Notes: generated from the letters alone by a model not told the origin. A stretch of DNA of 64,000 bases from an uncultured Acidobacteriota bacterium (GCA_963720545.1 OY970399.1:2688001-2752000), one strand, 5' to 3'; counted from the first letter of the stretch, positions 1-9,760 are shown. Numbers and translations: made by a program.

Positions 1-1538
1 CCCCAGTCGCGCGCCGGGATCCAGGCGCCGCTCTTGTTGGCCGGCGGCGGGACGTAGTCGCTCTGGTCCCACTTCGTGCCCTTGCCTGTGAGCACGCGGT
101 CTTCGCTGCCCGAGGCGTACGCCTTGGTGCGGCCGCCGCCGGTGTCGTCCACCACGTCAGCGCCGTCACCGCCCACCGCGCGCACCAGGATGCCGCCGGT
201 GTCGCCCTTGGTGACCACCTTGTCGTTGCCGCCGAACAGCAGCAGCCGGATCTCGTCGGTCTCGTTCTTGTGGAACGTGCGCTTGAAGTACGGATCCTGG
301 CCTTCCGCGCCCAGTGTCACGGTGACGTCGCCCGAAGGCGCGCGCTCGACGTTCGCCACCTCCGCTGCGTCGGTCGCGTAGATGTCCACCTTCTGCGAGA
401 GGAACTTGTAGAACTTCATCGCCTGGTGGTCCACTTCGTCGCGGCGCTGGCGCAGCCCCTTGATGGTGAAGGCGCCGTTTTTCACGAAATATTCGGGCGG
501 CATGCGGCGCGCCGCCTCCTCGATCACCGCATCGGTGATCGAGGCCTTCACCTTCGCCGCCTCTTCGACGAACGCCTCGCGCTCGAGGTCGGCGAGCAGG
601 CGGCGATCCACGTCCCAGCCGTCGAAGGTGAGCCCGTCCATGCTCGAGAAGTCGTCGCTGAAGTTGACGAGCAGCGGCAGCCCCTGGCGGAAGATGCCGA
701 TGACGAAGCCGTCGAACTTCACGTAGGCCTGGTCGCGGTCTTCAGGGATGGGGATGAAACGGTCGTTGCCCGCGATCTTGGCCCAACGCCACTGGTTGCG
801 GTGGCGGTCCCAGTCGCCGATCATCATGTCCACGAGCCGCGCGCGCAGGTAGGCGCGCGAATCGACGCGCACCGCCGGGCTCTCGCGCAGCCGCTGCCAG
901 AGCTCCTCGCCGTCGATATTTTCCTCGGCCGCGACGATGCCCTTGCTGCCGCCGAACTCCTCGATGTCGCCCAGCTGGCCGGCGAATTCCTTCTGGTACT
1001 CGCCGAGCGCCTCGTCGTCGGGCACGATCACGAGGTGCGGATCGTTGTGCACCACGTCCACCGCCTTCAGCAGCGGCGCCACCATGGTGTGGCCGGCGGG
1101 ATGCCCGGACGCCATCTGGTCGGTGACGAACTTGCGGGCAAAGGTTTCGCGCAACTCAACCGGTAGCAGGCCGCTCGGGTCCTTGAGAATCGGGCGGAAA
1201 GTGTAGAGCCGGCCGTCGCCGCCCTTGAACGCGAGGCCGCGGCTCTGGCCGTGGCCGACGATGCGCGTCGGCTTGAGGCCGCCGGCGTAAGTCTGCAGGT
1301 TCAGGACGTCGGCCTTGAAAGGCGTCAGCCACAAGTCGCGGTAGTTGCTGCCGAAGAGGAAGCGGTAGAGGCCGCCCTTCTTGTAGCGAGCACCAGCCAC
1401 CACCGTGCGCGTCTCGCCGCCGGGCGCTGGCGATGCCGCCGCTTCGGGTGCCTGCGGCGCCGCAAAGGCTGCGGTGCCGGCAGGGATGAACGTGACGAAC
1501 GTAAGGACGGCAAGGACGGCCGGAATGATGCGCTTCAT
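1..1538 (-). CDS. Exported protein with N-terminal atypical (PI3/PI4-kinase-like) kinase-fold domain; probably the N-terminal part of a BamA/TamA(Omp85)-family outer-membrane protein; truncated at window edge
   Basis: Not in the ORF track (its stop lies outside the window). Translated by hand from ATG 1538, with GAGG upstream. Signal peptide MKRIIPAVLAVLTFVTFIPAGTAAFA; FGSNYRDLW; Gly-rich GHGQSRGLAF; ARLVDMMIGDWDRHRNQWRW...PEDRDQAYVKFDG. The barrel assignment rests on family recall only. Confidence 0.75.
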   Translation of the reverse strand, partial: MKRIIPAVLAVLTFVTFIPAGTAAFAAPQAPEAAASPAPGGETRTVVAGARYKKGGLYRFLFGSNYRDLWLTPFKADVLNLQTYAGGLKPTRIVGHGQSRGLAFKGGDGRLYTFRPILKDPSGLLPVELRETFARKFVTDQMASGHPAGHTMVAPLLKAVDVVHNDPHLVIVPDDEALGEYQKEFAGQLGDIEEFGGSKGIVAAEENIDGEELWQRLRESPAVRVDSRAYLRARLVDMMIGDWDRHRNQWRWAKIAGNDRFIPIPEDRDQAYVKFDGFVIGIFRQGLPLLVNFSDDFSSMDGLTFDGWDVDRRLLADLEREAFVEEAAKVKASITDAVIEEAARRMPPEYFVKNGAFTIKGLRQRRDEVDHQAMKFYKFLSQKVDIYATDAAEVANVERAPSGDVTVTLGAEGQDPYFKRTFHKNETDEIRLLLFGGNDKVVTKGDTGGILVRAVGGDGADVVDDTGGGRTKAYASGSEDRVLTGKGTKWDQSDYVPPPANKSGAWIPARDW

Positions 1539-1554
1539 AGTGGGCAACCTCTAA

Positions 1555-2727
1555 TCAGTCGATTCGTTCGGCATAGCGTTCGACAGCCTGGCCATCGGCC
1601 TCGACGACGACAGCAGCCAGGCGTCCCCGCCCGTTGCGGGCCATGTCGAGGCGAACATACCCCGGTTCGCCCGAAGCGAAGTGCGTGGCCGGCAGCCGGG
1701 TGGGAATTCGTGTGTGGTGGAAGGCGCCGGCGCCGCTCACGATCAGCCACCTTGCGAGGCCGCCGCCCTCGAGCAGCTGGATGCCGTGCTCGTGGCCGGC
1801 GGCCCAGGCGAACGGCGGATGCTCGCGCAGCACCGGGTTCAGGACCGACAGCATGTGCTCGTAGACGGCTGCCGGCGCGTCCTGCGGATACCAGCCGAGG
1901 GAGCGGCCCGCCGGGATGAGGGAGCCGACGACCGGCAGCGGCAGCCACAGCCAGCCCTTCCAGGCGCGCAGGGGAAAGAGATGATCGCGCATGGTGAAGT
2001 GGCCGCCGTGGCCGCCGCCCGAAACCGGCGGATGATGCGACACCAGGATCACCGGTCGGCGATCCGCGGGAGCGAGTGCCACGCGCAGCGCCGCCTGCAC
2101 CTCGCTGTCATTTGCCGCCGCGCAGGACGATCCGGGATTGCGCGGCTTCTCGCCCTGCTCGATCCACCACTGGGTGTCCAGGGCGACAATGCGCGCGCCA
2201 GGCATGAGATCGTCCTCGACCGTGGGGCCCGGGCACGCGTCTCGCGGCCGGAATCGCACCTGCGGGCGGCCGATCTCCTCGACGTAGTCGGCCTGACGCT
2301 TGACCGTCTGCCAGCCCGGCTCGCGGTCCTCGCCCCAGTCATGGTTCCCCGGGATGAACATGCTGCGGGCGCCCGAAGCCTTGAGCGGCGCCAACTGCGC
2401 GGTGAGGCGGGCGACGGCTTCGGCCCGCGTTGCATCGCCTTCCGGGGGCAGGCCCGCATCGTAGACGTTGTCGCCCAGCACCAGCACCGCGGTTGAAGCA
2501 GGGTTGGCGCGGGCCTCGCGGGCGATCGCGGCGAAGATCGGCGCGACGTTGCGCACCGGCTCGCCGGCATCGCCGACGAAGAGCAGCGTGAACAGGCGCT
2601 CGCCCGCGCCGAGCTGCGGCACGGCGCGGGCAGCGGCCAGCTCGGCGTCGTTGCGGGAATTCTCGGAGCACGCACAGCACGCGGCCAGCGCGAAAGCCAT
2701 GGCAAAGGCGCGAAGCGACGCACGCAC
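1555..2727 (-). CDS. Exported calcineurin-like metallophosphoesterase (purple acid phosphatase-type), probable lipoprotein
   Basis: C-terminal part of ORF 1555..4305. Motifs GDAG, GDNVY, GNHD, VSHH, GHEH. N-terminus ...FALAACCAC is lipobox-like. Start is GTG 2727 or ATG 2700. Confidence 0.85.
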   Translation of the reverse strand: MRASLRAFAMAFALAACCACSENSRNDAELAAARAVPQLGAGERLFTLLFVGDAGEPVRNVAPIFAAIAREARANPASTAVLVLGDNVYDAGLPPEGDATRAEAVARLTAQLAPLKASGARSMFIPGNHDWGEDREPGWQTVKRQADYVEEIGRPQVRFRPRDACPGPTVEDDLMPGARIVALDTQWWIEQGEKPRNPGSSCAAANDSEVQAALRVALAPADRRPVILVSHHPPVSGGGHGGHFTMRDHLFPLRAWKGWLWLPLPVVGSLIPAGRSLGWYPQDAPAAVYEHMLSVLNPVLREHPPFAWAAGHEHGIQLLEGGGLARWLIVSGAGAFHHTRIPTRLPATHFASGEPGYVRLDMARNGRGRLAAVVVEADGQAVERYAERID

Positions 2728-2732
2728 GACCG

Positions 2733-4046
2733 CTAGGCCGCGGCCTTGCTCGTCTCCGCTGCGTTCAGCTTCAGCACCCTGAACGCTAGAAACAGCCACA
2801 GCGCCACGAGCGCGAGGTTCACCACCGCGAAACCGCGGATGCCGAGCCCGAGCTGTGTCGTGCCGACGAACACCAGCACCGCCGCCAACACGTCGCCGGA
2901 ACGCACGAAGAAGGTGTCGATCGCCTGCTTGGCCTTGTACTTTTCCTCGCGGCTCGTCGGCAGCCACAGCAACTGCTTGGCGGTGTTCATCAAGGAATAA
3001 TCGGTGCCGTTCTCGGCGATCTTCGCGAGGCGCACCAGCATCAGGCCGGCGCCCGCCGCCATGATCGAATAGCTGCCGAGCGCCACGATCGGCAGCGCCA
3101 GCAGCACGCCGCGCAGGCCCATGGCCTTGACGAGGCGCGAGGCGACGAACGCCTGCAGCAGTGCCGCGAGCACCGAAGTCCAGAACAGGTAGTCGCCGTA
3201 GAAGCCGCCGATGAAGGCCTTCTTGTCGGCAAGGCTCGCCGCTGCCTCGGTAACCTTGGTGCTCAGCAGGAACTCTCCGGCGGTGTTCACCAGGTTCGTC
3301 ATGATGAGCAGCACGCCTATCGCCAGCAGGTAGGAGCTCTTGAAGACGAGGGCGAACCCGTCGCCCTTCGCGAGCACCGGCTCGGCGGCCGGGGTGCGCT
3401 GCCGCGCCTTCGCCAGGTGGTTCATGAGGTAGTAGAGGCCGAGCGAGACCAGCAGGATCGCGCCGCTCAGCCGCAGCATGAAGTGCAGCGGCTGGCCCAT
3501 CTTGAACAGCTGGCCGGCGATCTTCGCGCCGATCGGGCTGCCGAGCGTGGCGCCGATGGCGATGACGGGGAACAGCCGCTCGCCCATTTCCTTCGTATAG
3601 ATGTCGTTCGCGTAGCTCCAGAACTGCGCGATGATCGAGAGGTTGAAGATCCCGACCCAGATATAGAACACGACGCCGACGAAGCGCACGTCGAGCCTGA
3701 TCGCCACCTCGAACAGGATGATGCAGGCGACGAAGAACAGGTTGAGGGCGACGATGAGGCTGGAGCGCTTCAGGCGCGCGGCAAGCCAGCTGTAGATGGG
3801 GATGAAGGCGATTAGGGCGAGCGCCTGTCCGGCAGAGGCGTAGGTCTTCACCGCGGCGCCGCCGCCGGTGAGGATGAGCGGCTCGCGCACGGTCTTGATG
3901 ATGTAGTAGCCGAGCAGGATGAGGAAGACGTTCGCGAACATCAGCAGCACGCCGACGCCCTCGCCCCCGCGGACGTCGCTGAAGAGGCGCAGGAAACGGT
4001 CGAGGGGGGTGAGCGGGGCCGAGGAGCTTTGATCCTGGTTCGCCAT
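2733..4046 (-). CDS. NTT/TLC (Npt1/Npt2, ATP/ADP translocase) family nucleotide transporter
   Basis: 437 aa, about 12 TM segments; YYIIKTVRE, QFWSYANDIY, RLFPVIAIG, EEKYKAKQAIDTFFVRSGD. Confidence 0.88.
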   Translation of the reverse strand: MANQDQSSSAPLTPLDRFLRLFSDVRGGEGVGVLLMFANVFLILLGYYIIKTVREPLILTGGGAAVKTYASAGQALALIAFIPIYSWLAARLKRSSLIVALNLFFVACIILFEVAIRLDVRFVGVVFYIWVGIFNLSIIAQFWSYANDIYTKEMGERLFPVIAIGATLGSPIGAKIAGQLFKMGQPLHFMLRLSGAILLVSLGLYYLMNHLAKARQRTPAAEPVLAKGDGFALVFKSSYLLAIGVLLIMTNLVNTAGEFLLSTKVTEAAASLADKKAFIGGFYGDYLFWTSVLAALLQAFVASRLVKAMGLRGVLLALPIVALGSYSIMAAGAGLMLVRLAKIAENGTDYSLMNTAKQLLWLPTSREEKYKAKQAIDTFFVRSGDVLAAVLVFVGTTQLGLGIRGFAVVNLALVALWLFLAFRVLKLNAAETSKAAA

Positions 4047-4161
4047 GCGGGTTTTGGTGGCCGGACGATATCACACCCGTCCGGCGCCGCCCGAGACTGC
4101 CTGCAGGTTGGGGGCTACAATCGGCGCCGATATCCCCCCTTGAAAGGGAAGGTCGGCACCC

Positions 4162-5256
4162 ATGAAGGCTTTTCGGGCGCACCTCTTTGTACCCCTTCTT
4201 TTCGTTGCCACCGGCGTCGCTTGTGGCGCCTGTGCCCACCGGGAGCTGAAGCCCGGCGAGGCCTTGACCGAGGAGGCGCGCCTCGAGGCCATCCGGCGGG
4301 CGCACGTCTGGTCGCCTGTGGTCGTCCGCAACGTCAACTTCAGGGTCGGGCCAAGCGACAAGAACAGGCCTGCGCCTGGCCAGTGGATCACCTGCGATTA
4401 CAAGCCCACCGAATCCGGCGGCAAGTCGCCCAAGTTCACCTGCGTCGGCAGCCGCGGCCAGGAGTACAAGGTCAAGTACGGCGACGACAACGCCGAGGTG
4501 ATCGGTGAGGTGCTCGCCTCACGGCTCTTGTGGGGGCTCGGCTTCGGCGCCGACCGCATGTATCCCGTGCGGGTGCGCTGCCGCGGGTGTTCCGCGGACC
4601 CGGCGGAGCACAAGGAACGCGCCGCCGGCACGGCGGTCTTCGACCCGGCGGCGATCGAGTGGCGACTGCCGGGGCGGACGCTCGAGACGCGGCCCGATTC
4701 CGGGTGGAAATGGGACGAGCTCGACGAGATCGGCCCGGGCGCGCCGCCCGGCGAGCGCGCGCACCGCGAAGGCCTCAAGCTGCTGGCGGCGTTCATCCAG
4801 CACACCGACAGCAAGTCCGACAACCAGCGCCTCAGTTGTCCGCCCGGCGCCTCTGTCGGGCGCACCGGCTGCCGCGCGCCTTTGATGATGATCCACGACC
4901 TCGGCCTGACGTTCGGCCGCAGCTCGCTGCTGAACAAGAACGAAAACAGCGTCAGGCTTGCCAGGTGGGCGACGCTGCCGGTGTGGAAGAACCCGGCGAC
5001 CTGCGAGGCCCAGCTCGGCGGATCGCTCACCGGGACCCTGAGCAACCCCGTGATCCGCGAGGAAGGCCGCGCGTTCCTGGCCGGCCTGCTGGCACAGCTG
5101 AGCGACGCGCAGCTTCGCGACCTGTTCGAAATCTCCGGCGTGAAGCATCGACCGGCCGACAGCAAGGATGAGACGGCACCCGCCTCGGTCGAACAGTGGG
5201 TGGCCGCGTTCAAGGACAAGCGGGCCCAGGTGGTGGACCACCGCTGCCCGAACTAG
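4162..5256 (+). CDS. Putative lipoprotein with atypical kinase fold
   Basis: Signal peptide/lipobox (VACGAC); GGKSPKF, YKVKYG, EVIGEV; catalytic-like HTDSKSDNQ; MIHDLG (DFG-like); many Cys residues. Confidence 0.7.
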   Translation: MKAFRAHLFVPLLFVATGVACGACAHRELKPGEALTEEARLEAIRRAHVWSPVVVRNVNFRVGPSDKNRPAPGQWITCDYKPTESGGKSPKFTCVGSRGQEYKVKYGDDNAEVIGEVLASRLLWGLGFGADRMYPVRVRCRGCSADPAEHKERAAGTAVFDPAAIEWRLPGRTLETRPDSGWKWDELDEIGPGAPPGERAHREGLKLLAAFIQHTDSKSDNQRLSCPPGASVGRTGCRAPLMMIHDLGLTFGRSSLLNKNENSVRLARWATLPVWKNPATCEAQLGGSLTGTLSNPVIREEGRAFLAGLLAQLSDAQLRDLFEISGVKHRPADSKDETAPASVEQWVAAFKDKRAQVVDHRCPN

Positions 5257-6384
5257 GACGGCGTCGGCGTCGGTGAGGGCTTCGGCGTCGGCTTCGCCGC
5301 CGGCGGCTTTGCAGTCGATTTCGGTGAGGCCGTCGGAGTCGGCTTCGGGGTCGGCTTCGGCGGTCGGCGGCCCTGGTCCCTCGGGCGTCGAGCGGCCCGG
5401 CGTCCCGACCTTGGGCACCGCCACCTCGACCGGCTTCGCTTCCGGCGACGCGGGCTTGGCCTCGGCGGGCGCGCCCGGCCGATGGATCTCGCCCGAGTCG
5501 ATCGTCTGGCCGGCGCGGTTGATCGTCTGGTAGTAGAGGTCGTTGCCGGCGATTTCCACGAGCATGAAGTGGTAGTCGGCGTCGTACTCCTTCGCCGTGA
5601 TGCCGGAGGCGCGGTTGCCGCTGCGCAGCGAGCCGCCGGCGCCCGAGACGAAGTAAGTGATGTCGCCCTTCTGCGGCTTGGTGCGCTCGTAGAAATGGTC
5701 GTGGCCTGAGAACACCACGCTGACGCTGTTCTTGACGAACAGCGGCTCGAGCACCGCGCGCGACTCGAGCGAGGAGCCGTGCAGCGCGCCCGACGAGTAG
5801 AGCGGATGATGGAAGTAGGCGACCTTCCATTCCGAGTCCGACTCGGCGAGCGTCTTGTCCACCCAGGTGAGCTGCTCCTTGTCGAGGTAGTTGCTGTCTA
5901 GCGCGTAGAAGCGCACGCTGCCCTCGCCCTTCCCTGGCCCGCTCGGTCCGCGGAACGTGTAAAAGCGCTGGCCGTCCATGTTGAACGGCTTGTAGAAGCG
6001 CTGGTTCGGGTTGTCGTGGTTGCCGAGGCTCGCGTAGAACTTCACGCCCTTGTCGAGGAGAGCCTTGTACGGGTCCTCGAACTTGAGCTTCATGTCGGCG
6101 GGACTGTCGGCGCCGTAGATGTTGTCGCCCAGCATGATGACGAACTCAAACGGGAACACCTCGTGGAAGGCGGCCATCTGCGCGCCCACCTCGTACTGCT
6201 CGCGGCGGCCGCGGCCGCTGTCGCCGATCACGCCGAAGCGCACCGAGCCGTCCTTGCGCGGCAGCTTCAGCGCGGTCTTGGCGCTGTCGTTCGACGCCTG
6301 CGAGACCTCGCGCGGCGCCTGCGAGGCAGGGCACTGGCCGAGGCCGAGCGCCAGCAGCAGGGTTAGGAACGCGGCGCCTCTCAA
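5253..6384 (-). CDS. Exported metallophosphoesterase (purple acid phosphatase-type) with Pro/Lys/Thr-rich tail; apparent 1-nt frameshift near 5360
   Basis: TTG start and signal peptide; GDSG, GDNIY, GNHD, YFHH, GHDH. The tail PKPTPKPTPTASPKSTAKPPAAKPTPKPSPTPTPS* lies in a shifted frame and ends at 5253, overlapping the convergent stop (CTAG). Confidence 0.85.
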
Positions 6385-6388
6385 GATC

Positions 6389-7036
6389 TCACTTCGCCGG
6401 CAGCGGGGGAGTGCCGGCCGGCAGGAAGTCGACGATGAGGCTCGTGACCGAATCGAACAGGATCAGGTCGCGCCCGACGAAGCGGTACTGCAGCGGCGCC
6501 GGCAGCACCGGCAGCGTGGCGAGGACGCTTGCCGGCACGGTCGAGAGCGCTGCGCCCGATGGATACTCCGTATTGACGCGTGGCTTCACCGGCACCGACT
6601 CCCCGTCTTTCTGCGGGTTGCCTTCGACCACGGCGCTGCGGGCCGCACCGGTGTCCGGGCCCTGCAGCTCCTTCGCCAGCAGCCGCCTGAACACCGGCTG
6701 CACGGCTGGCGTGAAGATGTCGCCCTGCTTTGCCTGCTGGCGGGCTGCGACGATTGCGGCGGCGAGCGACGTCGTCTTCGCGTCGGCGCCCGCCGCGCTG
6801 TCGGCCCTGGGCGTGCCGAGCTTCGCAGCCTCGCGCGCATGGAGCGCAGCGTACTGCGCGACCGCGTCGCGAAACGCCTTCAGCGCCGCCTGTTCGGCCG
6901 GGCTCATCGGCACCTGCGGGCCCGCCTCGGCCTTTTTCACCTTGTTCGCCACCTTGGCGGCGGTGTCGGGCGGCGGCTGTTGCGCGAGACTACCGGCGAG
7001 AACGGCGAGGCCTAGACAACCTGCGAAGAACCCCAT
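6389..7036 (-). CDS. Exported hypothetical protein
   Basis: Signal peptide; C-terminal LPVLPAPLQYRFVGRDLILFDSVTSLIVDFLP is reminiscent of RcnB/DUF1236-type small periplasmic domains; operonic spacing. Confidence 0.7.
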   Translation of the reverse strand: MGFFAGCLGLAVLAGSLAQQPPPDTAAKVANKVKKAEAGPQVPMSPAEQAALKAFRDAVAQYAALHAREAAKLGTPRADSAAGADAKTTSLAAAIVAARQQAKQGDIFTPAVQPVFRRLLAKELQGPDTGAARSAVVEGNPQKDGESVPVKPRVNTEYPSGAALSTVPASVLATLPVLPAPLQYRFVGRDLILFDSVTSLIVDFLPAGTPPLPAK

Positions 7037-7049
7037 GGCGCTGCTCCAG

Positions 7050-7961
7050 TCATTTGCCGCTTGCCGGCTTTGCTTTCACCTTACGCCGCGGCTTGCCCTT
7101 TTTGCCAGCGACCGCCACCCCGTGCATGGCGCCGAGCGCCGCCGCCCAGTCCTCCTCGAAAATCGCCGCCATCTTCGCCACCACCTTGCGGTCCTTGACG
7201 ATGACGCCGACCTCGCGACGGTGGTCGAGCTCCAGCTTGCGCAGGCCCTGGCTGCCCATGAACGCCTGCTTGCCGTCGCGGATCACGGCGCGCAGGTGCA
7301 GCCGCACGCCGGGAATCTTGAGTGCCGTGAGTCCGCCGCCCGCCTTGCCCAGGATGCGCACGCTGACGCCGGCAGCGATGCGCTCCTTGATGATGCGGAT
7401 CATGCGCGTGTCGGTGAGCTTGGGGACGTGATAGATGAGCAGCTCCTTGCGCGCGCCCTTCAGGTACTCGGCCAGCCGCTCGCGCGAGTTGACCGGGCTC
7501 ACGAGGAACGACTTGGAGCCGGCCGCGTAGTCCTGGCGCAGCGAATCGGCCTCGAACAGCTTGAGCGCCTCTGCCACCAGCTCGCGCTTCTTGGAAACGA
7601 CCGCGAAGCTGCGGCTCTTCAGGTCGAGCGCCGTGTAGTTGAAGGCCAGGATGTACACGCTCTTGCGGTCCACCACCATCACCTTGCTGTGGTAGCGGAC
7701 CAGGTCGGTGTCGGTGCGGCGCACGCCGGCGCCGGTCTTGAGCAGCGCCTGCTCGAGGCGGCGCAGCTTCTTCTCGCCGCCGCGGTTGGTGTGCGCGATC
7801 AGGGTGCGCACCGCGACACCGCGGCCGGCGGCAACGGCGAGCAACTCGGCGATGTCGCGGCGGTCGAGGCGGAAGATGCCGACGTCGAGACTGGTCTTCG
7901 CCTTGCGGATCGCGCTCAGGATTGGCTCGATGCCGTCGTCGGGCTGGATGATGAGCTTCAT
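7050..7961 (-). CDS. Phospholipase D-superfamily protein (two HKD-type repeats, second one variant)
   Basis: Starts MKLIIQPDDG, with ATGA overlap to the upstream gene; YHSKVMVVD and LHLRAVIRD...GSQGL...RREVG. Confidence 0.85.
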   Translation of the reverse strand: MKLIIQPDDGIEPILSAIRKAKTSLDVGIFRLDRRDIAELLAVAAGRGVAVRTLIAHTNRGGEKKLRRLEQALLKTGAGVRRTDTDLVRYHSKVMVVDRKSVYILAFNYTALDLKSRSFAVVSKKRELVAEALKLFEADSLRQDYAAGSKSFLVSPVNSRERLAEYLKGARKELLIYHVPKLTDTRMIRIIKERIAAGVSVRILGKAGGGLTALKIPGVRLHLRAVIRDGKQAFMGSQGLRKLELDHRREVGVIVKDRKVVAKMAAIFEEDWAAALGAMHGVAVAGKKGKPRRKVKAKPASGK

Positions 7962-8671
7962 TTGCCTGGCTTCTTTTCCGCCCAGGCCACTTCCACGGCT
8001 TCGCCCTGGCGCAGCGCCACAATCATCTCGGAGAGCTGGTCCGTGCCCTTGCCCTGCGGCACTTCGGCGGAGTACGTCATCTCCTTTTCGGTGGAGGCGC
8101 GCAACTCGAACTTCACGCCGTGCTTCTTCAGCAGCGACTCGAGCGCCGGCTTGAGCGCCGCAGGGTCGCGGGCTGCGATCTTCAGGTCGAAGGAAGCCGT
8201 CGGCCACGGCGCACGCCACTCGAGGATGCGCAGCACGCCGATGATGAAGAGGGTGCCGGCCGTGGCGAGATAGATGAGCCCGACGCCGGAGGCGAGGCCG
8301 ACGGCGAGGCAGGCGAGCAGCACGCTGGCGTCCTTCGGGTCGTCGATCTTGGCGCGGTAACGCACCAGCCCGGCGACGCCGGCGATCGCGAAGGCGCGCG
8401 CCAGGCTGGCGCCGACGATCAGCATCACCAGCGAGCCGACGATCGCCAGCATGATCTGCGTCTGGATGACGGTCGCGCCGCGCGGCGGACCGCCGGCCGG
8501 CCGAGGCCGGAAGGCGAGCACCGCCCCCAGCGCTCCCGCCACCAGCAGGCACAGGAGCGAGTGGCCGAGGTCGGCAAACGTGAAATCGGCGATCTGGTTG
8601 ATCGCCGTCAGCGAGCGCGGCGTCTCCTCGCCCGCGGGCGCAACCGCCAGCAGCACGAGCAAAGAATCCAT
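7958..8671 (-). CDS. DUF4956 / MgtC-SapB-like membrane protein
   Basis: About 4-5 TM segments; SLARAFAIAGVAGLVRYRAKIDDPKDA is the typical DUF4956 motif. Confidence 0.8.
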   Translation of the reverse strand: MDSLLVLLAVAPAGEETPRSLTAINQIADFTFADLGHSLLCLLVAGALGAVLAFRPRPAGGPPRGATVIQTQIMLAIVGSLVMLIVGASLARAFAIAGVAGLVRYRAKIDDPKDASVLLACLAVGLASGVGLIYLATAGTLFIIGVLRILEWRAPWPTASFDLKIAARDPAALKPALESLLKKHGVKFELRASTEKEMTYSAEVPQGKGTDQLSEMIVALRQGEAVEVAWAEKKPGK

Positions 8672-8749
8672 GTTCTAGAGGCCCTCCGCGGCCAGTCCGG
8701 CAGGCCGAGAATCTATCACTCAGTCTGCCGCCTACCGAGGGGGGCCGCC

Positions 8750-9760
8750 TCAGCCGGCTTTCGACATGCCGGCTATGGATACCGCGCCGCTCGCGCGCTC
8801 CACCCCGGCGCGCATCTTGGAGATGCGGATGACGTCGGTCGCGATCACCTGCAGGTAGTCGCTCGCCATCTCGAAATTGTCCTCGAACACGTCGAGCAAC
8901 GTCTCCGCCACGGTGTGCAGCGCCGTCACCTCGGTGCGCGCCGTGGCGTCGTAGAAGCGCGGCGTCTCGGAGATGCTCTCGATCGAGCCGAGCGGGCCGC
9001 CGGGGCCGAGGGTGAAGTCGATCGCATCCTCGTCGGAGCGGCAGCGCACAGCGCCGTCGATGATGACGAAGATGCCGCCCGAGGCGTCGCCCTTCTTCCA
9101 GATCTCGGTGCCGGCATCGAAGCGCACCTCGTTCATGCCGCGCGACAGCTCGGCAAGCGCGTTGATGCTGCTGCGCTTGAAGATCGGCGCCTTGCGCAGG
9201 AACGCGATGCGCTCGACGAAGTCCATCTCCTTGCGCGGCGCCGGCATGTCGAAGCTGCTGAGGTCGGTGAACACCCAGGGGTTCTCGATGAGCAGCGCGA
9301 GCAGTCGCTTCGAGCTGCCCTTGATCATCCCGTAGGTGAGGTTGAAACGGTCCTCGAGCACCTCCATGAGCGCCTCGGCGTCGATGTCGAGGCAGTGCAC
9401 GTCGGTGGCGGCGATCGCCTCGAGTCCCTGCGGGTCCTTGGCCATGTATTGCAGCCAGCCGACGGCGTCGCCAGGCCCAAGACTGGCGAGCTGCAGGTCC
9501 TCGGTGCGGATCTCGACCTGGCCTTCGATGATGAGGTGGATGGTGTCCACCATCTCGCCCATGTGCCGCATGACGGCGCCCTTGGGGAAGTAGCGCTCGC
9601 TGCACAGCTCGGCGATCACCGCGAGGTCGGTGGAGCGCGCACCGCCGGTGGCGTCGAACATCCGCAGGTACAGCACCCGCTCCAGGAGCGACGTGGAACG
9701 CACGCCGTCGACGGTTTCCCTGCGGCGAGAGCGCAGCCTCGGCTTCGACTTACCCGGCAC
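8750..9760 (-). CDS. Tandem cyclic-nucleotide-binding-domain protein (no HTH)
   Basis: Two repeats (LERVLYLR..F...FPKGAV; VERIAFLRKAPIF...FDAGTEIWKKGD...PRFYDATA). GTG 9760 has AAGGA upstream; the alternative start is ATG 9802. Confidence 0.85.
   Translation of the reverse strand: MPGKSKPRLRSRRRETVDGVRSTSLLERVLYLRMFDATGGARSTDLAVIAELCSERYFPKGAVMRHMGEMVDTIHLIIEGQVEIRTEDLQLASLGPGDAVGWLQYMAKDPQGLEAIAATDVHCLDIDAEALMEVLEDRFNLTYGMIKGSSKRLLALLIENPWVFTDLSSFDMPAPRKEMDFVERIAFLRKAPIFKRSSINALAELSRGMNEVRFDAGTEIWKKGDASGGIFVIIDGAVRCRSDEDAIDFTLGPGGPLGSIESISETPRFYDATARTEVTALHTVAETLLDVFEDNFEMASDYLQVIATDVIRISKMRAGVERASGAVSIAGMSKAG

Noticed and set aside
4519..5252. Apparent 730-bp antisense overlap between the phosphatase ORF and the kinase gene
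   Set aside because: Explained by a single-base frameshift near 5360; the natural Pro-rich tail stops at 5253.
7050..7961. PLD protein as an anti-phage nuclease
   Set aside because: No helicase, ATPase, methylase or other defence genes nearby; the context is phosphate and envelope related.
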